DNA of 63,996 nucleotides, filler included, from Stramenopiles sp. TOSAG23-3 (taxonomy: Eukaryota), in NCBI GenBank assembly GCA_900128585.1. It is 3 parts of 3 records of this genome, joined end to end, with 100 filler letters (N's around TTAATTAATTAA, not from the genome) between each part and the next. Parts side by side here need not be neighbours in the genome. Positions count along the whole stretch, not along the records: positions 1 to 21,639 come from LT642352.1; positions 21,740 to 43,293 come from LT642353.1; 1 more part is not named here. The stretch is one strand, 5' to 3'. Position 1 is the stretch's first letter, and each line of letters begins with the position of its first letter. Positions 18,653 to 26,873 of the stretch are shown here, in pieces. Under the pieces are notes generated by a model, which saw nothing but the letters and a program-made list of their open reading frames with translations, was not told the DNA's origin and did no database searches. The translations under genes and the position numbers were made by a program.

Positions 18653-20041
18653 TCAATACGGGTCATCGTGGGGGGATGGCGTGCTGACGGGGTAGCACTT
18701 CGACCCCGTCGGGCGGCCATGGTCGCCCTTCGTGTCCTTGTCGTTCGGCTGCTGCCAGCGTTTGCTGCTGGAAATCACAAACGTGTCGGAATCGCAGATT
18801 TCAATGCACTCCAAATAGTCGGCGTTGTCGCCGGTCTTCTCAAACAAGTACGCCCTCACGTAGTGCAAGAAGCCGTGCGTATGCTTGTTGGAGATCCAGC
18901 CGTAGTGCCAGCTGCGGGGCCGCACGTAGTAGCGAATTTCCGGCCCTTTGTAGGCTTTGTTGGATGCCCTATGGCAGGAAAATTTGCGCTTCTTCCGTAT
19001 CGGCGGCTTTTCGGCCTTCATCATCTGAACCTTGGAGCTTTTCTTCGGCGCAGTCTCGGTCGAGGCGAGGGCAGCGAGGGTCGCCAACGCGTCCGTTTCG
19101 GCGCTCTTCTTCTTGTCCTTGCCGGCGGTTTGGAGCTTCAGCGCTCTCCTGTGGTAGCGCTGCTGCGCTTGCAGCACCACTTTGTGGGGCAACAGCTTCG
19201 CTTCGAACAGGGGGCGGGTCTGCACCTTGGTGGTCTTTGCCATGGACTCGATGTACCGGGAGGTGTACGTGGCGTTGAGGCTAACGTTCGCTTCGCAGAG
19301 CCCGCCGTACTGCTGGGGCGTCATGTTCTTGACCCCGGGGATGACCCGCAGCTCAAGAAAAACGCGCAGGTTGCTATCGTCGACGGTTTCGGCCTTCATG
19401 TTGTTCTTCGACAGCCGAAGGGCCAGTTCGATGGCCCCGCCGCAGAAGCCAAGCTCTTTGTGTCCAAGCTGGCAGCAGGACGGGAAACACCGCATGTTCT
19501 TCCGCCCGGCGCTCCGGTTGTTTCGAAGGTAGTGCTCTTCGAACTCGGTGGTGAACCGCAGGGTGACCCCCCGCCTGACCGCGGCGACGGACATGGGCGG
19601 CGGCGCCTCGTCGGCGCCGCGCAGCCCGCCAACGATTCGGACCCGCTTCTTCCCTTTGCCGACGCTGTCCGTCTCTATCTTAGGGACGGGGTGGGAGTAG
19701 GGAGGGGACGGCAGCATTAGGCTGGGGCGTATATCGTCGTGGCCGAGCGCGTGCGTCAGGGAGGGCGCCGACAGCATACGACTGGTCGCCTTTCCCGCGT
19801 TCTTTTCGAACTGTTGCTGGCCGTTGGCGAGGTGCGTGGTCTTATAGAACGGCGCACCGAGCGTCGTCTCCCCGTAGGGGGAACTCGTCACAGAGTGCGC
19901 AGCAAGGATGTTGGCCCGCGCGGGCTGCGCCGGGTTCACGTAGCCCTGCCCCGGAATGGGGCTCTTCATTGCCATGGCGTACGGAGACTTTTCTTCTTGA
20001 TGCGACGTTCCACTTAAAGAAAATGTTGTGCCGCAGTGCAT
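18653..20041 (-). CDS. Hypothetical protein with a conserved-looking Cys/His domain (putative DNA-binding); start codon uncertain
   Basis: 462-aa GC-rich ORF with FEEHYLRNNRSAGRKNMRCFPSC..GH...GFCG, WHYGWISNKH...HYVRAYLFE...SDTFVISSSKR and a basic NLS-like RKKRK. Confidence 0.75.
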   Translation of the reverse strand: MHCGTTFSLSGTSHQEEKSPYAMAMKSPIPGQGYVNPAQPARANILAAHSVTSSPYGETTLGAPFYKTTHLANGQQQFEKNAGKATSRMLSAPSLTHALGHDDIRPSLMLPSPPYSHPVPKIETDSVGKGKKRVRIVGGLRGADEAPPPMSVAAVRRGVTLRFTTEFEEHYLRNNRSAGRKNMRCFPSCCQLGHKELGFCGGAIELALRLSKNNMKAETVDDSNLRVFLELRVIPGVKNMTPQQYGGLCEANVSLNATYTSRYIESMAKTTKVQTRPLFEAKLLPHKVVLQAQQRYHRRALKLQTAGKDKKKSAETDALATLAALASTETAPKKSSKVQMMKAEKPPIRKKRKFSCHRASNKAYKGPEIRYYVRPRSWHYGWISNKHTHGFLHYVRAYLFEKTGDNADYLECIEICDSDTFVISSSKRWQQPNDKDTKGDHGRPTGSKCYPVSTPSPHDDPY

Positions 20042-20845
20042 AATTCAAGCACGGTGGCAGTTTTGTCAAAAGCTGCAGGTACAAAGGGAGCACACTTGAG
20101 CGAGCGTTTTGGGAACTGAGGCGGTTCTCAAACAGCACTGTGTACAGTCTGCAAACGATCCTTTTCTTTAAAGTAAAAAAAGTAAACAGCGGCGGTGAAA
20201 ATGGCAATCGTTCCAAATCAAACGCTTTCAAACTATTTCTCGTGTCCAATCGTTCTCTACGTTCCCTTCCGTCTGTCTCTCTACCTTTCTTGCTTCCCAT
20301 ATTGTTGATTTGATTTTAGTTCAATTTCCTTTTTTACTAGTAGCAACAACGAAACAGATAAGGTAAAAAAAAATCACTTCTTCTTTGGTGTGTTGGTGTT
20401 TCATTCCCTTGGAGGAGAACTTCTCTTTGTCGTTTAGTTTTTAAAAATAATAAATTAAAACCTATCTAATATTATAGTCTCGTTTAGTATTAAGTACAAA
20501 AGTACATAAATAGCTTGCGCGTAGTATCATTTACATAGAGACAGCATTCAGAAAAAGGCCAGTTGGCTGTCAATTTCGTGACAGATGCCGACAATTTAAA
20601 TTAAGGAAATTATTTATATATACGAAATATGTATTAATATTTACTATTATTTTTATAATATACAATTAAGAATAATATGAGCGAGCATGTAAAACAAAAG
20701 TCCTTAATTCTCATTTTCAATATCCTCGGAGACACAAACTCAAGTCTCTTCAATTAACAGGCAATAGGCTGATAAATAATGTAGGCACACTTTTTGTTCT
20801 TTTCTTTCTTTTCTTTTTAAGGTTGAATATTAAACTATTCTATTA

Positions 20846-20881
20846 ATACTAACATTATATAATGATATATAATGTTAGTAT
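20846..20881. other. Perfect 16-bp inverted repeat with 4-nt loop
   Basis: ATACTAACATTATATA-ATGA-TATATAATGTTAGTAT. Confidence 0.9.
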
Positions 20882-21639
20882 AAATTATATTCTAAAAGGT
20901 ATCCTAAAAATAAATTTTATACCTTAGAAGAAAGAAGAAAGTAATTTGGAATCTTCTCAGTTCTCAGCGTTTCTACAAAAGAAAAGTATGTCCCGTCACG
21001 GTGGGCCGGTAACAGGATCACAATGAAGAAAATATGTCTTTCGACAACGGAATTTTACGTCCATCGACTTTGTTCTTTTTTTCTCATTTTTTATTTTATT
21101 TTAAAACATTGTTCATTGTTCTTGTGAACTGACACCTTCTTTTTTTCTTTAATAAAATATAATCCATACAGTTCAGTCCAAATAAACTGTACTGTAGTTA
21201 CTGTACTGTATGTAATAAATACAGTAATAAAAAATATTTCTTCTTCTTTTTTTTGGATTTTTTTTTGGATTTGTGTGAATGAAATAAATAAAATGCAATG
21301 GCGGCCGCCGTCCACAACACAAGTAAAGAAGACCAAAACACGAAGCAAGCAAAGTAAGTAAAGTAAGTAAATCCCTCTTTCCTTCCTCGAGTTCTCGAAT
21401 GTTTAAAAGTTGGAGAAGGGAGATATCATGTGTTGAATAAATATTTAAATTTATTTTTTCCCCAAAATAGGAGACGGTGAGATACAAAAAATGGATTGCG
21501 TAAGAAGGTGTGGTGTTACTGTAAAATGTAATTACATTCCGTTTCTTTCATTTTAATTATCGTTAATTTTAATCCAAGACTGTACAGTTAAGTAGTCTAG
21601 TATAATAAAGAACAAAAAATGGATCTCGCGTAAACATAT

Positions 21640-21739
21640 NNNNNNNNNNNNNNNNNNNNNNNNNNNNNNNNNNNNNNNNNNNNTTAATTAATTAANNNNN
21701 NNNNNNNNNNNNNNNNNNNNNNNNNNNNNNNNNNNNNNN
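21640..21739. other. Artificial scaffold linker
   Basis: 44 N + TTAATTAATTAA (stops in all six frames) + 44 N; identical to 43294-43393. Confidence 0.98.
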
Positions 21740-21920
21740 ATCGTTCACTGCCGGATTGCAATTCGGTGTCAGAGGCCGAGTCTGGGCTGTCCAGAGCCGG
21801 GAGTCGGGCCGGGGTGTGTTAATAGTTAAAAAACAACATCTAATTTTCTTGTTTTTAAAATTTAGATAAACTGAATATTTTAGTGGTTTTGTTTTTATAT
21901 GTACACTTAATAATTCATTA

Positions 21921-23530
21921 GAGCAGTCCAACAGAAAACGAGTCCCTTCAAAACATTTATGCCGCTGTTTACTTGCCAATTGGAATCTTGACGACTCGAA
22001 CCGTGGCTGATATTAGTTTTTAAAATATTCAGCGCTATCCAAGCGGGGTCTATTGTCCTGAGTGCCAAGATGTTTCTTACATTGTGGTGTAAAGACTTCG
22101 GGTGAATATGAAGAGCTCACAAGTTCTTCTTCCGACAAGGAACTATCTTCAATATTCTGAAGTATATTTTTTTTATTTATCTATTTCAGCCAATGCTGCT
22201 TTATAAATTCTTAACACACTTGATATAGTGTCAATGAACAGAAAGCGGGCACCTTAAAAAAGAATAAACAAGAAAATAGGCTGTTATTTAAGTAATTAAA
22301 ATGTACTTTTAAGACCAATCAATTGGAATCTTGACCAGAACTTGGGGAGGATCTGCAATAGGAGGAGATATTGTTCTTGATAATTTTAATTACTATAAAA
22401 TAACAGCCAATTTTTCTTGTTTTTAGTTAAAATTAATGTACTGCATATAGCCGTTGTTTATTAGCCAATTGGAGTCTTGACCAGGACTTCGGAAGGATAT
22501 ACAGAAAGTCCACAAATTTTGTGGCAAAAAAGGAGGAGATTTAGTCCTTGAACGAGTTTACCCCCCACTTTTTGTGTATTACATTTTTGCAAATCGCAAT
22601 ACACGAGGAAGTAAACTCAAAAATGGACAAAATTAAAGTACATTGCATGGAGGGAAATATTTCATAGATTCCTCTTATAATTTTAGTCCACAGTACATGT
22701 AAAACTTACTGGACAAAAACAAATTATATATATATTGTACGGAAGGATGAACTGGAAATTTCAAGAGGTAGTCCATACCACTTAAGATAATATCTAAATA
22801 ACAGACATTATTTTGTTTTAAAGATATTCATAATATCTAACGAGCCTCGGCTATTGCACCGCTGATCGAAAATATCACAAACGACCCTCCCCCGACATCT
22901 CAACCCACAGATAACAANNNNNNNNNNNNNNNNNNNNNNNNNNNNNNNNNNNNNNNNNNNNNNNNNNNNNNNNNNNNNNNNNNNNNNNNNNNNNNNNNNN
23001 NNNNNNNNNNNNNNNNNNNNNNNNNNNNNNNNNNNNNNNNNNNNNNNNNNNNTGATTGATAACCAATAATGAAACAAAACTACAGAACCAAGTTAGGATT
23101 AGGGTATGAGGACGCTAAATTTAATTACTTATAAAAATAACAGCCAATTTTCTTGTTTTATTCATAAAGAGGAAGCTAAATTTAATTACTTAAATAACAG
23201 CCAATTTTCTTGCTTTTTAATAAGATATCAAATTTTCTTGTTTTTAATAAGATATCTAAACAACAGCATCTTATTTCGATTTTAATAAATAATCTAAATA
23301 ATAGCGTAATGGAATCTTGGCCAGAATTTGGGAAGGGTCTTTAAGTTCAAATTCGTTAACAATCATTCTTTGATAGAGCAATACAATAGAAAACGAGCAC
23401 CTATGAAACATTTAGCCGCTGTTTATTAGCCAATTGGAGTCTTGACCAGAAATTGGGAAAGATCTTTTGAAAGCCCACAATTTTTTTTGTGGCAACCGGA
23501 GGAGATTTGGTTCTTGAACTGGCACCCCCT
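21921..23530 (+). repeat. Cluster of five partial copies of ~150-bp repeat family B, interleaved with family A tails
   Basis: The core (GCC)AATTGGA(A/G)TCTTGACCAG...GGAGGAGAT...CTTGA occurs, whole or in part, at ~21921-21992, 22316-22380, 22447-22567, 23308-23340 and 23376-23530. Family A tails are at 22267, 22381, 23104 and 23167. Confidence 0.85.
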
Positions 23531-23547
23531 TTTTTCATTAATTTCAA

Positions 23548-25044
23548 TCACATGAATTTTTTGATCAGATGAGTAATTATGTGAATCCAACAGCTATATT
23601 CCTGAGAGATAGAGTAGTGTGGCATCATATTCTCCCGAGGAAAAGTGGAGGGATGAAGTTCGCCCGCAAACTTTTCTAATAGTTTCCATTCACGATGCAT
23701 CTTCCGCTGCAAGCTTTTGCAAGTTGTATGAATCAAAACTTGACTTTCCATATCAAAATCTACACTTCGCCAACCATAATTAGGACTACCAATCAAACAA
23801 GCCGAAGGGAATTTTGAGTGCTTTGGTGCATACCACATCCCCTTTCCATGAAAGGTCCAATTCCTCCGTTCGTACTCCAATATACATAAAAGATTTCGGC
23901 TTGTTTTCAAACGCCCAGAATTAATCTTATTCCAGCAACGGTGTTCAAGAATTTTGTAGGCTATTGGTAGAATGCCTGAGAGCCCCGGCGATCCATAAAA
24001 CCCATTAGCTTTCAGCGATGCGACTGCGACAGAAATTTGCGCATCAGACGCTGCCAAGGAGCCGATGTAAGCATCAGTGAAATTCAGGTAGCCTGAAGCA
24101 ATGCGAAGCTGGTGCTTGCCCCTGTGACCATGTTGCAGTTGTTTATTTGCACATACCATATAGTCTAGAAATTGTAGTGTAACATTTTCGTCATATTCAA
24201 TGCCTAAGGCCTTCATCTGCAAAGTAGGGGCGACAACAGTGCTTTCTGTGTACATCTCGATTACTTGGGATGGAGAATTCTTTGCTATCTGTTGGTTTGT
24301 TTCATGGAAAAGAATTTCAATACTAGACGCTAGTGAAGACATTTCACTTCGCTTAGGCATTTCCAGTCTTGGAATCGATTTTTTACTATCAATTTCTTTC
24401 TCGTTTCCGTGACTCGTAACCAGTTTAAAGGAGTATTCACTTATATTATGAACTAGCATGTGGTAAAATCGAGCGAGCGGAGCACAGTGCAGAACAAAAT
24501 ATCTGTCTTGCCTGTTTCGGAAATAGTCCTCGCTTAAGTTTGCCCCCGTCACAATAACGTTGTCATCGAAAGCATAAATTTTCAAATGAAAAGTACGGAA
24601 CACTTCGTTTAATCTAGATGGAAAAAGGGATTCAACCACAGACCGAGCATTCGTTACAGTCGCAGCAGCAGGCATCTCAAAAAAATTCACGGAGACATTG
24701 CCTGGAAATGTACCTTGTAAACGACTGCAAATGCTTGCAGTCGACGCGCCTGTTTTTGGTGCCGGGCGAGTGCCCCTGTTCTTGTCTACAACTATCCTCA
24801 ATTTTAGCTTTATATTATTTCTTACAGCCTGTTCCAATTCCCATACGAGATCCTTCTCGCTGCTTCCAGTACCAATATACAAAGAAGCAATTGAAACAAT
24901 CTTCTTAGAGTTCCTAATCTGAAACTTTAATTCCTCCAAAAACTGCTTCGGGTGGTGCAAAACTTTTGTACTTTTTACCGGGAATATTGGGAGCGCATGT
25001 TTCCGTTGTATGCTATTGAACATGAACCAACGGAATTTGTCCAT
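23548..25044 (-). CDS. PGS1: Mitochondrial CDP-diacylglycerol--glycerol-3-phosphate 3-phosphatidyltransferase (PLD superfamily)
   Basis: IASLYIGTG, DKNRGTR, FHLKIYAFDDNVIVTGANLSEDYFRNRQDRY, ASGYLNF, ANGFYGS and WTFHGKGMW...IGSPNYGWRS..D.ESQ. Confidence 0.95.
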   Translation of the reverse strand: MDKFRWFMFNSIQRKHALPIFPVKSTKVLHHPKQFLEELKFQIRNSKKIVSIASLYIGTGSSEKDLVWELEQAVRNNIKLKLRIVVDKNRGTRPAPKTGASTASICSRLQGTFPGNVSVNFFEMPAAATVTNARSVVESLFPSRLNEVFRTFHLKIYAFDDNVIVTGANLSEDYFRNRQDRYFVLHCAPLARFYHMLVHNISEYSFKLVTSHGNEKEIDSKKSIPRLEMPKRSEMSSLASSIEILFHETNQQIAKNSPSQVIEMYTESTVVAPTLQMKALGIEYDENVTLQFLDYMVCANKQLQHGHRGKHQLRIASGYLNFTDAYIGSLAASDAQISVAVASLKANGFYGSPGLSGILPIAYKILEHRCWNKINSGRLKTSRNLLCILEYERRNWTFHGKGMWYAPKHSKFPSACLIGSPNYGWRSVDFDMESQVLIHTTCKSLQRKMHREWKLLEKFAGELHPSTFPRENMMPHYSISQEYSCWIHIITHLIKKFM

Positions 25045-25589
25045 TTTAAAGAACGCTTGTCACAACTTATTCAACACCTTCCTTGTGCTCCACCAAAATC
25101 AACTTATAGAACGCTTTCTACCGCCTTCCTTGTGCTCTGAGAAAATCATCATAGTGTGCTTATTTAATAAAGTTGCTACCAAAAATCAGAAAATTCTTAA
25201 TCAATTAGTCTCTAACAGGTTGATTTTTTTTTTAAATAATTAATAATAAAATAGTCCTAGTCGTTCTTCTACAGTAAGGAGTCATTTAAATCGGACAGTG
25301 CGTGAAGGAAAAAAAAAACTCAACATGTCGTTTTTCTTCCTTTTTTAGTTATTTTGGATGCTATTTACCTTGTGCAACTTTGTGTTTAACTTTTTCGAGT
25401 TGATTTTTCTATCTTATTTATGTACTTGTAAATCACTCTACACTACTAATATATCAAAGTGTTTCCCGTAAAAACGTCACTTTCGTATGTATCTTAAGAA
25501 ATAATACAAGTACATATTACCTGTATAACGGGTAATTTAAAATATATAATAATTATTATAATACGTATGATGATATTATTATGTAATAA

Positions 25590-26016
25590 GCCCTCTTACA
25601 ACAAAAGTTGTACAACAATTTTTAGCCGAATGTGTGTATATTATTGCAACAAATGTTCATATCATGAAGACTCTAACCCTAAATATATAACAATCTATTT
25701 TGCACTCTCATTCTCCTACGTTACTCTTCATTTTGTTGTACCAGAATAATTAGGGTTACTTGTCTTTATGCTATTTGATGCTAAGCTAACCCTAACTATA
25801 TTGGACCCTATACTTACATTGTCATACAAGGGCAGTTGCATTTTGTTGTACCATTTTACCCTAATTAGGAATAAATTAGGGTTATAAATAATTAATATAC
25901 ATGCCTTCCGTACAACAATTTTTAATAGGGATATTATACTTAATTTATAATTGACTACCAAATAATATACACACATTATATAAAATAATATTTTTTGTTG
26001 TACCAGATGTTGTACT
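25590..26016. mobile_element. Foldback/MITE-like element with telomere-like TAACCCTAA motifs
   Basis: Perfect 17-bp inverted repeat at 25629-25645 / 25961-25977, multiple TACAACAA/TTGTTGTA units in both orientations, and four TAACCCTAA/TTAGGGTTA motifs. Confidence 0.55.
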
Positions 26017-26137
26017 GAAAAAGGTCTGTTACAACAGTCAAGATATTGAAATAGTACTGTAATACTATAAACCTGTATTTATATGAGTTTATTCATAATG
26101 AATGTTATGCTACAAAAATCCCAATTGTAATATATTC

Positions 26138-26215
26138 AAAAAACAAGAAAATTTGCTAGCTGATATTTAAGTAGTTAAAATTAATGAACTGCGAATTTCT
26201 GCGAACTGAAATCTA
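26138..26215 (-). mobile_element. Degenerate family A copy
   Basis: AAAAACAAGAAAATTTGCTAGCTGATATTTAAGTAGTTAAAATT...CTGCGAACTGAAATCT. Confidence 0.65.
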
Positions 26216-26244
26216 GATTTAGACTTTCTTATAATGTATAGGCA

Positions 26245-26691
26245 ATGTCTATTTATTCTTTCTGCTATAGATATTTATCGCTTACAGATGAACTGGTGCT
26301 GAATTTATTTCCTGACTCAAAAAACTTTATTGATGGGGTTGGGTATATATTATGCTCTGCAGCCTTGTGGGCGTATAACGCACAGGATCTAATTCCTGAT
26401 CAGTTACTTATGCGAATAGAAGCATATTGAGCACAAAATTTGATTGTTAAGCGGATTCGTGTCATTGCTGATGAAGAATAATTCATTGATTTTGATGAAG
26501 ATTTACATCGTGCAACAACACAATCAGATGAGCGTCAGTTGCTCAACAAACTTTATGTTGGGCAACAATCAATAAAACGGAAACTGGTTACACAAACTGA
26601 AGCCCTTCAAAGTGAACGTTTGGAGAGTGTTTATAAAATATATCTAAAAAGTTACCATAGATGCATATGTGAGTACTTCCTTGCAAAATAG
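26245..26691 (+). pseudogene. Degenerate ORF fragment resembling the region downstream of the tyrosine recombinase in stramenopile Crypton (CryptonS) transposons
   Basis: A single frame with two internal stops (26428, 26479): LTDELVLNLFP...ILCSAALWAY..DLIPDQLLMRIEAY*..NLIVKRIRVIADEE*FIDFDE. It recalls the pattern LLWA...VP..L..RI..AY...NPV.K. Recognised from memory only. Confidence 0.4.
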
Positions 26692-26873
26692 TTTGATTTG
26701 TCCACTGAAGTTTTACTTCCTTTTCATGTTTTATACTCTGCTAATTTTTTTCTGCGCAAATGTAACTTTCGATATTAATCTTAAATAACAGCATATATTT
26801 TGTCGTTTTATCTTAATTCTTAAACTTCACAACAACAAAACACATTGGTAAAAAATACAGCCAAGAAATATTT

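Noticed and set aside
21640-21739. TTAATTAATTAA palindrome inside N runs (also 43294-43393) as a biological motif
   Set aside because: Identical 44N-12-44N layout twice, with stops in all six frames: a concatenation linker. Adjacency across it is meaningless.
21921-23530. CRISPR-like array
   Set aside because: Units are degenerate, irregularly spaced and of variable length; no cas genes; eukaryotic context.
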